Assembly (NCBI GenBank): GCA_002010075.1
Contig: MTMG01000013.1
Location: 72,796 to 136,795, forward strand
Source of the DNA: Methanomicrobia archaeon JdFR-19
GTDB taxonomy: Archaea; Halobacteriota; Methanosarcinia; DSM-18856; Methermicoccaceae
Direction of reading: 5' to 3'
DNA: 64,000 bases
The position numbers and the translations under genes were made by a program. The notes beneath the pieces are model-generated. The model did not search any database. It saw only the letters and a program-made list of their open reading frames with translations, and had not been told where the DNA came from. Below, in pieces: positions 11,193 through 21,874 of the stretch (positions within the stretch are counted from its first letter, which is position 1; every line of letters begins with the position of its first letter).

Positions 11193-11739
11193 AGTGTTGA
11201 GAAAGTCTTTGAGTCAGAGTCCGATTGTGATGAAAGGGGATTATCCCTATTTCGTGCATCCCATAACAGATGGGATACCAACAGTCCCACCAGCCATGCT
11301 GGAGGAGGTTGCAAATGCCATCGCAGAGAAAATAGATCTCAACATAGACAAGATAGTTGGGATAGAGGCGATGGGAATCCATATTGCAACAGCTCTCTCA
11401 CTGAAAACAAAAATACCATTCACCATTATAAGAAAGAGGAAGTACGGACTTCCCAACGAGGTGGAGGTGGAGCAGAAGACAGGGTATGGGGGAGCCAGGC
11501 TGTACATCAATGGGATTGGAGAAGGAGACAGAGTCGTGGTTGTGGATGATGTTGTGAGTACTGGGGGGACTTTGAAGGCGGTTGTGTCTGCTCTCAAAGA
11601 GGTGGGTGCAGATATAAAGGACATATGCGTTGTTTTTAAGAAAGGGAAAGGCATAGACGAGGTCGATGGTATGAAAATAAAGTATTTGCTGGCGGTGGAT
11701 ATTGTGGATGGTTCCCTTGTCGAGGTCGGGGAGGTGTGA
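11185..11739 (+). CDS. hpt: Purine phosphoribosyltransferase (archaeal Hpt/Apt type)
   Basis: 184 aa with PRPP-binding motif VVVVDDVVSTGGT. Adjacent to ade and translationally coupled to it. Confidence 0.8.
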   Translation: MLEVLRKSLSQSPIVMKGDYPYFVHPITDGIPTVPPAMLEEVANAIAEKIDLNIDKIVGIEAMGIHIATALSLKTKIPFTIIRKRKYGLPNEVEVEQKTGYGGARLYINGIGEGDRVVVVDDVVSTGGTLKAVVSALKEVGADIKDICVVFKKGKGIDEVDGMKIKYLLAVDIVDGSLVEVGEV

Positions 11740-13037
11740 TGGTGAAACTTGACCCATGGGGCACATCGACAATCGAGGACTATTCTCACCTCTTTGAGGA
11801 GTTTGGAATCCAACCCTTCAAAGCTCTGGTCGAAAAGATACCGAACCCTCATAGATTGATGAGAAGAGGCATCATATTTGGACATCGGAATTACGAAGCC
11901 ATTCTGGATGCTCTACTATCTAACAGTCCATTTGCGGTGATGAGTGGTTTCATGCCGAGTGGCAAAGCCCATTTCGGCAGTAAAATGGTGATGGAAGAGA
12001 TCATATGGCATCAGGAAATGGGAGGAGATGCTTATGTGGCGATTGCAGACATAGAGGCACATGTTGTCAGAGGCCTTTCGTGGGATAGGTGTGCTGAGTT
12101 GGGAAGGGATTACATACTCAGCATAATTGCTCTTGGCCTCAAACCAGAAGCCACCATATACTTCCAGTCCACAATGGAGAGGGTGAAAGACCTTGCAATC
12201 GAGCTTTCTGGTGAGGTAAATCTATCAGAACTCGTGTCCATATATGGGTTTGGAGGTGATGTATCGCTTGCCCATATGCACACTCCCATCATACAGAGTG
12301 CTGACATACTGAATCCTCAGCTTGACTCTCCAAAGCCGGTAGTGGTTCCGGTCGGACCAGACCAAGACCCCCACATCAGACTTACAAGAGAACTCGCAGA
12401 CAGAGTTAATATGTTCAAGGTTTTCGAGGCAGACAATGGAAAAGTTAAAGTCTATCCAAAGGTCTCAAAGCAGGAGGTCGGAGTGGTTCTCAATCATCTC
12501 AAAACAGAACTCGAAAAAGAATTCGAGGTTTCTGAGTATGAGGCACATCTTGAGATAGCGGGAAGTGTTGAAAGGGTGAGGGATGTTGCTACCAAAGTGG
12601 AACTCGAACACGGTGGCTTTGCCTTCTTACCACCCTCTTCCACCTATCATCGATTCATGGAGGGATTGACAGGTGGCAAGATGTCATCAAGCAAGCCAGA
12701 GAGCTATATTGCACTCACAGATGATGTGGATGAGGCGGTATCGAAGTTGATGAGAGCAAAGACAGGTGGAAGGATATCAAGGGAGGAGCAGATAAAGCTT
12801 GGGGGAAATCCAGAGGAGTGTTCTGTTTATGCTATGTTGCTTTTCCATCTTGTTGAGGATGATGAGGAACTCACCAGAATATATATGGAATGTAGGAATG
12901 GAGAGCGGTTGTGTGGACAATGCAAGAGCGAAGCATCATCTCATCTCAGAAACTTTTTGATAGACCACCAGCAAAAGAGAGAGGAAGCAGTCGAAAAACT
13001 TGACGAATACAACATCGTATGGGGGAAAAGAAAGTGA
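11736..13037 (+). CDS. trpS: Tryptophanyl-tRNA synthetase, archaeal/eukaryotic type
   Basis: 433 aa class I aaRS with a KMSSS motif and TrpRS-specific regions. Confidence 0.9.
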   Translation: MMVKLDPWGTSTIEDYSHLFEEFGIQPFKALVEKIPNPHRLMRRGIIFGHRNYEAILDALLSNSPFAVMSGFMPSGKAHFGSKMVMEEIIWHQEMGGDAYVAIADIEAHVVRGLSWDRCAELGRDYILSIIALGLKPEATIYFQSTMERVKDLAIELSGEVNLSELVSIYGFGGDVSLAHMHTPIIQSADILNPQLDSPKPVVVPVGPDQDPHIRLTRELADRVNMFKVFEADNGKVKVYPKVSKQEVGVVLNHLKTELEKEFEVSEYEAHLEIAGSVERVRDVATKVELEHGGFAFLPPSSTYHRFMEGLTGGKMSSSKPESYIALTDDVDEAVSKLMRAKTGGRISREEQIKLGGNPEECSVYAMLLFHLVEDDEELTRIYMECRNGERLCGQCKSEASSHLRNFLIDHQQKREEAVEKLDEYNIVWGKRK

Positions 13038-14239
13038 GGAGCGGTCTGCAGAAAATCGAGTGGGCTGAAATGCACATGCCAGTTCTCAGAGCAGTCTCGG
13101 AGGAACTTTCAGACTCCTTGAAGGGACATACTGTTGGAATGGCTCTCCATGTGGAGGCAAAGACTGCAGTACTGGTAAGGACTCTCGTGAAGGCAGGGGC
13201 AGAGGTTGCAATCACAGGATGCAATCCATTGAGCACGCAGGACGATGTTGCAGATGCCCTCAGGGAAGAGGGTGTGCATTGCTATGCAAAGAGAGGGTGC
13301 TCGACAGAAGAGTACTACGAGGCAATAAACAAAGTGCTTGACCATGAGCCGGATGTGGTTGTGGATGATGGTGGAGACCTGATATTCACCCTCCACACCC
13401 ACAGGAGAGAACTGCTCAAAAACATCAGAGGGGCGACAGAGGAAACTACCACAGGTGTCAAGAGACTGATTGCCATGCACAGAGATGGAAAACTGGGATT
13501 TCCAGTGATAGCCGTGAACAACGCAAGAACGAAATACCTCTTCGATAACAGGTATGGCACTGGTCAATCGACATGGGACGCCATCATCAGAACAACGAAT
13601 CTGCTTGTTGCGGGGAAGACTGTGGTGGTTGCCGGGTATGGGTGGTGTGGAAAAGGTGTTGCGATGAGGGCGAGAGGACTTGGAGCAAACGTGATAATAA
13701 CAGAGATTGACCCAGTTAAGGCTCTTGAAGCGTGTATGGATGGCTACCGTGTGATGAAAATGGAGAAGGCGTCAGAAGTTGGTGATATCTTCATAACAAC
13801 AACCGGCAACAAAGATGTGATAAGACTTGAGCACATCATGAAGATGAAGGATGGGGTTTTGTTGGCGAATGCAGGGCATTTCAATGTCGAAATAGATGTG
13901 GAGTCGCTGAGAAATACTGCACAGTCAAGGAGTGTGAGAAACAACGTGGAGGAGTTCGTATTAAACGGGAAAAGGATTTATTTGATAGCAGAGGGAAGAC
14001 TTGTGAATCTCGCAGCTGGAGATGGGCATCCCGTTGAGGTAATGGATATGAGCTTTTCAAATCAGGCTTTGTGTGTGAGGTACATAGCAGAGAACGAATT
14101 GTCTCCTGGTGTGTATAATGTGCCAGATGAGATTGATGAGCATGTGGCAACTCTCAAGCTGAACTCTCTGGGAATAGAAATAGACAAACTCACACCTGAA
14201 CAGGCAAAATATCTCTCCGAGTGGAGGATGGGAACATGA
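13019..14239 (+). CDS. ahcY: S-adenosyl-L-homocysteine hydrolase
   Basis: 406 aa with the NAD-binding GYGWCGKG motif and AdoHcyase catalytic-domain conservation. Confidence 0.9.
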   Translation: MGEKKVRSGLQKIEWAEMHMPVLRAVSEELSDSLKGHTVGMALHVEAKTAVLVRTLVKAGAEVAITGCNPLSTQDDVADALREEGVHCYAKRGCSTEEYYEAINKVLDHEPDVVVDDGGDLIFTLHTHRRELLKNIRGATEETTTGVKRLIAMHRDGKLGFPVIAVNNARTKYLFDNRYGTGQSTWDAIIRTTNLLVAGKTVVVAGYGWCGKGVAMRARGLGANVIITEIDPVKALEACMDGYRVMKMEKASEVGDIFITTTGNKDVIRLEHIMKMKDGVLLANAGHFNVEIDVESLRNTAQSRSVRNNVEEFVLNGKRIYLIAEGRLVNLAAGDGHPVEVMDMSFSNQALCVRYIAENELSPGVYNVPDEIDEHVATLKLNSLGIEIDKLTPEQAKYLSEWRMGT

Positions 14240-14523
14240 GCGTGATAACAAAGGACGTACTTGAACATTTGCTCTGGTTATCAAAACTTTCGGTGAGCGA
14301 GGAAGAAAAGGAAAGAATATTGACACAGCTGAACAGCGTTCTGGAGTATTTCTCGATTTTGGATGAGCTTGAAATCGAGGATGTCGAGCCAATGTACCAT
14401 GTTGCAGGTCTTGTGAATGTGTTCAGAGAAGATGAGGTTGAACCATCTCTCTCTCAGGAGGAGGTTCTGAAAAACGCACCAAAAACCGAGAATGGCTTCA
14501 TAAAAACCCCAAGGATGATGTGA
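14221..14523 (+). CDS. gatC: Asp/Glu-tRNA amidotransferase subunit C
   Basis: 100 aa, GatC-like (LLWLSKLSVSEEE...), immediately upstream of gatA and gatB. Confidence 0.8.
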   Translation: MEDGNMSVITKDVLEHLLWLSKLSVSEEEKERILTQLNSVLEYFSILDELEIEDVEPMYHVAGLVNVFREDEVEPSLSQEEVLKNAPKTENGFIKTPRMM

Positions 14524-14524
14524 T

Positions 14525-15913
14525 ATGAGGACAATAGGAGAGACAAGGGAGAGCATAGAGAGTGAAGGGTGTGTTGAGGTTGTTCATCGGGTTCTGGATG
14601 ATATAGAAAGGTCTCCCCTGAACGATTTCATAACGGTTGCGAGAGAGCAAGCTCTTTCGAGTGCAGAGTAGATTGAGAGAAACTGGGGGGAGTGGTGCGA
14701 TAAACCACTTGCAGGCATTCCAATTGCCATAAAGGATAACATATCCACCCGAGGTATAGAAACCACATGTGCCTCCCGCATTCTGAGGGGTTATGTGCCA
14801 CCATTTGATGCAACAGTTGTGGAAAGACTGAAGAACGCAGGAGCAATCATAGTCGGAAAGACAAACATGGACGAGTTCGGCATGGGAACAACATGTGAAT
14901 ACAGCTTCATAGGTCCTACCAAAAATCCACATGATTTGACAAGGGTTGCTGGAGGTTCATCTGGCGGGAGTGCTGCCACTGTTGCATCTGGTGAGCTTCC
15001 CATATCACTGGGGAGCGATACAGGAGGGTCGATAAGATGTCCCGCATCTTTCTGCGGTTGCATTGGATTAAAACCTACATATGGTGCGGTATCGAGGTAT
15101 GGACTCGTTGCTTATGCAAATTCACTTGAGCAGATTGGACCACTATCCAATACGATTTCAGACCTCGCCCTTGTTTTTGATGTGATAGCTGGATGGGACA
15201 GAAGAGATTCCACCACCGTGAACGTCCAGATGAACATAAAAGAGAGGATTGAGAATGTTATGGAGAGGCGCAAAATTACGCTGGGCATTCCGAAGGAACT
15301 CTCCATACCAGATGACAGAATTCAAAAGACTCTGTGGAGTGTGATACATTCCTTTGAGGAGAGCGGGGTTGATTATAGGGAGGTGAGTCTGCCCCACATA
15401 GATTACTCTCTCCCTTCGTATTATATCATAGCAATGAGCGAGGCGTCGTCGAATCTTGCAAGGTTTGATGGGATGAGATACGGTCTCAGAACCGAGGATA
15501 CTGTGTGGTATGAAACATTTTCCAGTGTGCGGGGAATGGGATTTGGAGAGGAAGTGAAGAGGAGGATTGTGTTGGGGACGTTTGCTCTTTCGAAGGGTTA
15601 TCAGGACAGATACTATCTCAAGGCTCTTAAAGTAAGGACAGTTGTGAAGATGGAATTTGAACGGGTGTTGAATGAGGTTGATGCCATCATAACCCCCACA
15701 ATGCCGTGTCAGGCTTTCAAAATAGGTGAGATAAAAGACCCGCTGACGATGTACCTTGCGGATGTCTTCACGGTTCCTGTGAATCTGGCTGGTCTCCCAT
15801 CGTTATCACTGCCTGCCCCCGTACGTGGTCTTCCAATCGGTGTTCAGTTAATAGGAAGACCATTTTCAGAGGGGGAACTCATGGGAATAGCGATGAGAGG
15901 GGGGTGGCAGTGA
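14525..15913 (+). CDS. gatA: Asp/Glu-tRNA amidotransferase subunit A (amidase), with an in-frame TAG at 14669..14671
   Basis: ATG 14525 opens the GatA N-terminus (...LNDFITVAREQALSSAE), then TAG. The same frame continues ...KPLAGIPIAIKDNISTRGIETTCASRIL... (amidase signature) into track ORF 14795..15913 (GGSSGGSAA). Stop is TGA. Confidence 0.9.
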
Positions 15914-17328
15914 TGAATGAAAATGTGAAGATAGGACTTGAAATACACGTACAACTGAACAAGCTGAAGTCGAAGATGTTCTGCGGGTGTTCGACCGATT
16001 ATCATGATGCTCCCCCAAATACACACGTATGCCCCGTATGTTTGGGACTTCCCGGTTCCCTTCCAACCATCAATAAGAAAGCGGTGGAGTATGCTCTCAA
16101 GGTTGCACTTGCATTGAATTGTGAGGTGGAAACCCGTACCCACTTCTACCGAAAGAATTACTTCTACCCTGATTTACCCAAGAACTTCCAGATTTCTCAG
16201 TATGACTTCCCCATCGGCTCGAATGGATATGTGGAGATTGAGGGAGATAATGGTGCAAAAGTGGTGAGAATAAAGAGGGTTCATATGGAGGAGGACCCTG
16301 GAAGGCTCGTTCATATCGGCACAATAGACCGTTCGAGATACACACTTGTCGATTATAACAGGAGTGGCATGGCTTTGCTTGAGATAGTGACAGAGCCAGA
16401 CATGGGGTCGCCAAAGGAAGCGAGGTCGTTTCTGGCAAAGCTGAGGTCGATACTCGAGTATCTGGATGTATTCGATGGGGATAAAGAGGGTGCGATGAGG
16501 ATTGATGCCAATATCTCAATAGAGGGAAACGAGAGAGCAGAAGTCAAGAACATAAGTTCTCATAAGGGTGTGGAAAAGGCTCTACAGTACGAAATCATAA
16601 GACAGAGGAACATACTGCGAAGGGGCGGAAGGATAGTCAGAGAGACCCGACATTTTGACGAAGAGAGAAACATCACGATTTCCATGAGGTTAAAGGAAGA
16701 AGAGGAAGACTATCGCTACTTCCCAGAACCAGACCTTCCTCCGTTTTCAGTGGTTGATTGGGTTCCTGTTATCAGAGAAACAATACCTGAGCTTCCAGAT
16801 GAAAAGAGGGATAGGTTCATTTCCCAGTACGGAATATCAGAAGCTCTTGCAAAGGCTCTCACATCAGATCATAAAATCGCTGACCTTTTTGAGGATGTTG
16901 CATCTGAGTTTGAACCGAAGCTTGTTGCGGGGTGGGTTGCTGACGTTTTGAAAGGTGAGTTGAATTACAGAGGACTATCCCTAGATGTCTTCCCACCCTC
17001 GTACATGAAGGAGATATTGAAGATGCTCGTGTCTGACGAAATAACTGACAGAGGTGCGGTTATTGTTATTAGGAAGGTGCTTGATGAGGGACTGACCCCT
17101 CAGGAAGTCATAGAAAGAGAGGGCTTGAGAAAGGCAGGAGAGAGCGAACTGGAGACAGTGGTGAGAGATGTCCTGAAAAACAACACAAAGGCAGTGGAGG
17201 ATTACCGTGCTGGCAAGAAAGAAGCTTTGAACTTTCTTGTGGGGCAGGTCATTAGAAATACAAAGGGCAGAGCAGACCCCAAACTTGCGAGAAAAATGAT
17301 AGAGGAAATGATAGAGAACTTGGCGTAA
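15904..17328 (+). CDS. gatB: Asp/Glu-tRNA amidotransferase subunit B
   Basis: 474 aa with a GatB N-terminal zinc site (CGCSTDY...CPVCLG) and a YqeY-like tail. Confidence 0.9.
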   Translation: MAVMNENVKIGLEIHVQLNKLKSKMFCGCSTDYHDAPPNTHVCPVCLGLPGSLPTINKKAVEYALKVALALNCEVETRTHFYRKNYFYPDLPKNFQISQYDFPIGSNGYVEIEGDNGAKVVRIKRVHMEEDPGRLVHIGTIDRSRYTLVDYNRSGMALLEIVTEPDMGSPKEARSFLAKLRSILEYLDVFDGDKEGAMRIDANISIEGNERAEVKNISSHKGVEKALQYEIIRQRNILRRGGRIVRETRHFDEERNITISMRLKEEEEDYRYFPEPDLPPFSVVDWVPVIRETIPELPDEKRDRFISQYGISEALAKALTSDHKIADLFEDVASEFEPKLVAGWVADVLKGELNYRGLSLDVFPPSYMKEILKMLVSDEITDRGAVIVIRKVLDEGLTPQEVIEREGLRKAGESELETVVRDVLKNNTKAVEDYRAGKKEALNFLVGQVIRNTKGRADPKLARKMIEEMIENLA

Positions 17329-17377
17329 TCATCTCAAATCAAGTTTTCAAGTCCAATTTCGGATTTTAATGGTGAAA

Positions 17378-17452
17378 TGGGGCTGCGGAGATTCGAACTC
17401 CGGTCTCAGGACCCCCAGTCCTGAAGGATAGTCCAGGCTACCCTACAGCCCC
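17378..17452 (-). tRNA. tRNA-Pro (anticodon GGG)
   Basis: Hand-folded cloverleaf: acceptor GGGGCUG/CAGCCCC, anticodon loop CUGGGGG, T-loop GUUCGAAUC. CCA is not encoded. Confidence 0.75.
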
Positions 17453-17512
17453 CCACTTTTTAGTGTGACTCTATTATTTAAAGGATGTTTTTCTCCATCT
17501 CCCATCGTGAAA

Positions 17513-18688
17513 TCACTCCTTGACCAGAAACACAAGCAGTAGAGACGCCACAATCGAACATCCAGCACCCCAGAGAAATGTTGCATGATACGATGAATAC
17601 TCCCAGAGAAAGCCAGCAACCATGCTCGCAGGAAATGCACACAATCCCACACTCGTATGAAATGCTCCCAGCCCTGTCCCCCTCTCAAACCTCCTGCACA
17701 AATCTGATGCAAAGGCTCTTTCAACCGTTTCTATGAAGGCAAACGACAGACCATACATGGCAAAGAGTGGTATGAGACTCAATTTTGAGATTGAGAGTGA
17801 GAAGAACAGGCAGGTGATTGCGAATGCGGTATAGCCGACCAAAAGAGAATTCCTTCTTCCGATTCTGTCAGAAAGAGAGCCAGCTGGCACGCAGAATATT
17901 GCATAGCTTATGTTGAACAGGATGTACAGAAGAACAACAGTTGCAATCCCATCCTCGAACTCTATCGACGCTCTCAGAATGAAGAACATGTATGAGAAAT
18001 TTCCGAGAGCAAATATCGATGCGACCAGAATGAACTTTTTAAGTTCGGCAGATAGACCAGCCACACCCTCAAAAAGTTTTGATTTTATTTTTTCTGTTTT
18101 TATTTCCTTTACAAAATACAGTGGAATGATTGAAAAAAACGATATTATTGCACCTATGAGGAACACGTCTCTCATATCCATCAGAAAGACCCACAGGAAG
18201 ACAAAAGCGAGAAAAGAACCCATGACTGCACCAAGCGTATCCATTGCTCTGTGTATCCCGAACCCCTTTCCTCTCTCTCCCTCTTCGGTATAACCTGCAA
18301 CAAGGGCATCCCTCGGTGCTGTTCTTATTCCTTTTCCAACTCTTTCGAGAACCCTTGCACCCACCACTTCGTATCCGGAGTGAGCAAACGGGAATATGAG
18401 CTTTGCAAATGCGGATAGGATATACCCATACACGACAAGCCCCTTCTTCTTTCCGAGTCTGTCAGAGATGTAGCCGGAAAAAACTTTTAAGAGGCTGGCA
18501 ACACTGTCCCCCACCCCTCCAGCCAATCCCACAACGAGTCCGCTTCCGCCAAGAGAGACTATGAAAAGTGGAATCAGAGGCATCATCATTTCGCTTGACA
18601 AATCTGTTATGAAGCTCGTGATTCCCAGAAGAAAGATTGGAAAAAATTTTTTTGGAATTTTCATAATTTCACCTGCTGTCCATATCAC
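17513..18688 (-). CDS. MFS transporter
   Basis: About 12 TM helices with the MFS D-R/K-x-G-R-K/R-like loop (ISDRLGKKKG). Confidence 0.8.
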   Translation of the reverse strand: MIWTAGEIMKIPKKFFPIFLLGITSFITDLSSEMMMPLIPLFIVSLGGSGLVVGLAGGVGDSVASLLKVFSGYISDRLGKKKGLVVYGYILSAFAKLIFPFAHSGYEVVGARVLERVGKGIRTAPRDALVAGYTEEGERGKGFGIHRAMDTLGAVMGSFLAFVFLWVFLMDMRDVFLIGAIISFFSIIPLYFVKEIKTEKIKSKLFEGVAGLSAELKKFILVASIFALGNFSYMFFILRASIEFEDGIATVVLLYILFNISYAIFCVPAGSLSDRIGRRNSLLVGYTAFAITCLFFSLSISKLSLIPLFAMYGLSFAFIETVERAFASDLCRRFERGTGLGAFHTSVGLCAFPASMVAGFLWEYSSYHATFLWGAGCSIVASLLLVFLVKE

Positions 18689-18696
18689 ATCACAAG

Positions 18697-18769
18697 TGGG
18701 CTCGCCCGGATTCGAACCGGGGATCTCCTCCGTGTGAGGGAGGCGTCATAACCCCTAGACCACGAGCCC
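18697..18769 (-). tRNA. tRNA-Val (anticodon CAC)
   Basis: Cloverleaf with acceptor GGGCUCG/CGAGCCC, anticodon loop CUCACAC and T-arm CCCGGUUCGAAUCCGGG. Confidence 0.85.
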
Positions 18770-18853
18770 AGCATCTGATTTAATCTGAAATTAAAAAAGC
18801 TTTTTCTATGCAGGATTGAGTCCCAGACAAAGTATATAACAGATGTAAAAAAG

Positions 18854-21178
18854 ATGTCAGATGTGGAGTTTAGAGGACTGAGCGAGGATGAGGCGAGTAA
18901 AAGACTCAAGGAATTTGGCTACAATGAGATAACAGAGAAAAAGAAACACCCTCTTCTGCACTTCTTGTCGTATTTCTGGGGTCCTATTCCATGGATGATC
19001 GAGGTAGCAATCGTTTTATCTGCCATTGTTCAGCACTGGGAGGATTTTTACATCATACTCGCCCTCCTCATCGCCAACGGCATCGTCGGATTCTGGCAAG
19101 AACACAGAGCCGAGAATGCGATAGAGACACTCAAAAAACATCTCGCCCTGAACGCAAGAGTTCTCAGAGACGGCGAGTGGAAAACAGTACCTGCGAGATT
19201 GCTTGTTCCGGGAGACATCGTAAAGGTCAGGATAGGGGACATAATTCCAGCTGACATTGAAATCCTTGATGGAAGATGTGAGATAGACGAGTCTTCTCTC
19301 ACAGGAGAGTCTTTACCCGTTGAGAAGAAAGAGGGAGATATCGCCTACTCTGGTTCTGTGTGCAAAAGAGGGGAGTTCGTTGGAATCGTGAATGCGACAG
19401 GAGACAGGACATACTTCGGAAAGACTGCGAAGCTCGTTGAGGAGGAGGGCGTTAGCAGGTTTCAGAAGGTTGTTGTCAAAATCGGCAACTATCTGATAAT
19501 CGTTGCAACGTTCGTGATAATGCTCGTAATACTCGTCTCGATAAAAAGGCACGAGAGCATCATTGAGATGCTCAGATTCTCACTTGTCCTGATGGTCGCT
19601 GCAATTCCAGCTGCTCTCCCCGCTGTGATGTCTGTCACGATGGCAGTCGGTGCTTTAAGTCTTGCGAAGAGGGAGGCGATTGTGAGGAAGCTGGTTGCGG
19701 TCGAGGAGCTTGCGGGTGTTGATGTTCTGTGTTCTGACAAGACAGGCACCCTCACAGAAGGGAGATTAACGATTGGAAAACCCATAACGTTTGGCTTCAC
19801 CGAAGAGGAGGTTCTCATGTTTGCCTCTCTCGCATCCGAGGGAGGAGACCCAATAGATGATGCAATTCTTGGAAGTGCAGAAACTCTGGGAGAGGAGTAC
19901 GAGGTTGTGGAGTTTGTACCATGGGACCCCGTAAGCAAAAGGACAGAGGCACTTGTCAGAAAGAACGGAATGGAGTTCAGAGTGAGCAAAGGAGCTCCAC
20001 AGATAATAGAAGAGATGTGTAGAGGAGAAGAATCCATAGATGAGTCTGCTGAGTCTATCATGAAGTATGTGGATGAACTTGCCGAGAGAGGTTATAGAAC
20101 GGTAGCGGTTGCTGTGAATTTTGGCGAATGGAAAATAGCTGGGCTGATACCTCTCTATGATCCGCCACGGAAGGAATCTAAGGAGATGATAAAGACCGCA
20201 AGGGAGATGGGCGTTGATGTGAAGATGATTACCGGAGACCACATAGCCATAGCGAGAGAGGTAGCCACTCTCCTAAATCTCGGAGCGAACGTCATCAGAG
20301 CAAAGGACTTTCTGGATAAGGGATACTCCGAGCTCACGAGAATCGTGGAGGAAGCAAACGGCTTTGCAGAGGTTTTTCCAGAGCATAAGTATGTGATAGT
20401 GGATGCGCTACAGAAGCACGGACACATCGTTGCAATGACAGGAGATGGTGTGAATGACGCTCCTGCTTTGAAGAAGGCAGATGTTGGGATAGCTGTGCAG
20501 GGCGCAACAGATGCTGCAAGAGCCTCATCTGATATTGTTCTTGCGAATTCTGGACTTTCCGTGATAGTGGATGCGATAAAGGAGAGCAGGAAAATCTTTC
20601 AGAAGATGCAGAATTATGCGGTTTACAGAATAGCTGAAACGATCAGAGTGCTGTTTTTCATTGCCCTCTCCATAATCGTGTTCAACTTCTATCCAGTTAC
20701 AGCAACCATGATAATCCTACTTGCCCTTCTCAATGACATCCCCATTCTTTCGATAGCATACGATAACGTGGTTTATTCAGAAAAGCCAGAGAAATGGGAG
20801 CTTGAACGGTTGCTCGTTGTATCAACCATTCTTGGCATTGTGGGACTCATATCAAGCTTTGTTCTGTTCTTCATAGCCAACTCCATGATTTCAGACCATG
20901 AGGTTATAAGGACGTTCATGTTTCTGAAGTTGGCGGTTGCAGGGCATCTGACCATATTCGTTACGAGGACGAGAGGACCTTTCTGGAGCATAAAACCCGG
21001 GTCTTTGCTTTTGGGGAGTGCAATAGGAACGAAACTCATTGCAACCCTCTTCGCAATCTTTGGAGTTCTTATGGCACCCATCGGATTCTGGTATGCCTTT
21101 CTCATCTGGGGATACTGCCTTGCATGGTTCCTTGTAGAAGACTATGTGAAGATCAAGTGCTACAATGTTTGGCTTTGA
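18854..21178 (+). CDS. P-type cation-transporting ATPase (plasma-membrane H+-ATPase-like, P3A type)
   Basis: 774 aa with CSDKTGTLT phosphorylation site, MITGDH and GDGVNDAPALKKADVGIAV hinge motifs. Confidence 0.85.
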   Translation: MSDVEFRGLSEDEASKRLKEFGYNEITEKKKHPLLHFLSYFWGPIPWMIEVAIVLSAIVQHWEDFYIILALLIANGIVGFWQEHRAENAIETLKKHLALNARVLRDGEWKTVPARLLVPGDIVKVRIGDIIPADIEILDGRCEIDESSLTGESLPVEKKEGDIAYSGSVCKRGEFVGIVNATGDRTYFGKTAKLVEEEGVSRFQKVVVKIGNYLIIVATFVIMLVILVSIKRHESIIEMLRFSLVLMVAAIPAALPAVMSVTMAVGALSLAKREAIVRKLVAVEELAGVDVLCSDKTGTLTEGRLTIGKPITFGFTEEEVLMFASLASEGGDPIDDAILGSAETLGEEYEVVEFVPWDPVSKRTEALVRKNGMEFRVSKGAPQIIEEMCRGEESIDESAESIMKYVDELAERGYRTVAVAVNFGEWKIAGLIPLYDPPRKESKEMIKTAREMGVDVKMITGDHIAIAREVATLLNLGANVIRAKDFLDKGYSELTRIVEEANGFAEVFPEHKYVIVDALQKHGHIVAMTGDGVNDAPALKKADVGIAVQGATDAARASSDIVLANSGLSVIVDAIKESRKIFQKMQNYAVYRIAETIRVLFFIALSIIVFNFYPVTATMIILLALLNDIPILSIAYDNVVYSEKPEKWELERLLVVSTILGIVGLISSFVLFFIANSMISDHEVIRTFMFLKLAVAGHLTIFVTRTRGPFWSIKPGSLLLGSAIGTKLIATLFAIFGVLMAPIGFWYAFLIWGYCLAWFLVEDYVKIKCYNVWL

Positions 21179-21874
21179 TCATCTCAAAAGTTCCATCATC
21201 TGGAGTGCGTTCTTCGGTGCGTATGCGTTGAAGTCATTGTTGAAATACACAAAACCCTCATCGAATTTTTTTATGAGGTCAGCCCACTCTTTCAATTCGT
21301 GTGTTGTGTAGAGGTGTCTGTACCATCTTGATGTTCCATGGAACCTCGCATACATATACTTCCCCACACATTCATCAAACATAGATGGGGAACGAATCTG
21401 GGGAGAACTCACGAAACACATCACCACATTCCCCTTCAGTTCCACTGGCGGTTCGAACCAGCTTTTGTGTCTAAACTCGATGGCACATCTGCACCCGAGC
21501 CTCTCTGCCATTTCGGTTATCTCGTTGAGTTTTTCCTCATCCCTTTTTAAAGAAGGTGGAAACTGGAACAACACACATCCCAACTTCTCCCCAACAACCG
21601 AGACAATCTCCTCAAAATCCTCTAAAACACTCTCATCCCACATGTGCGTAAGCTGTTTGTTCATCTTCAGGCTTATTTTGAAATCCTCTGGGGTTTTTGT
21701 TAACCATCCCTTCACCGTTGTGATTTTGGGAATCCGGTAGAAGGTGCTGTTTATCTCAACTGTGTTGAAGTGTTTGCAATAATACTCAAACCATTTGCTC
21801 TTTTTCAGGTCATCCGGATAGAATATCCCTCTCCAGCGGGGGTAATACCATCCAGAACATCCGACCCACATCAT
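21179..21874 (-). CDS. DUF72 family protein
   Basis: DUF72 core (WVGCSGWYY...FYRIP...). The track ORF extends 24 codons upstream into the neighbouring gene. The likely start is the ATG that overlaps the upstream TGA as ATGA. Confidence 0.7.
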   Translation of the reverse strand: MMWVGCSGWYYPRWRGIFYPDDLKKSKWFEYYCKHFNTVEINSTFYRIPKITTVKGWLTKTPEDFKISLKMNKQLTHMWDESVLEDFEEIVSVVGEKLGCVLFQFPPSLKRDEEKLNEITEMAERLGCRCAIEFRHKSWFEPPVELKGNVVMCFVSSPQIRSPSMFDECVGKYMYARFHGTSRWYRHLYTTHELKEWADLIKKFDEGFVYFNNDFNAYAPKNALQMMELLR

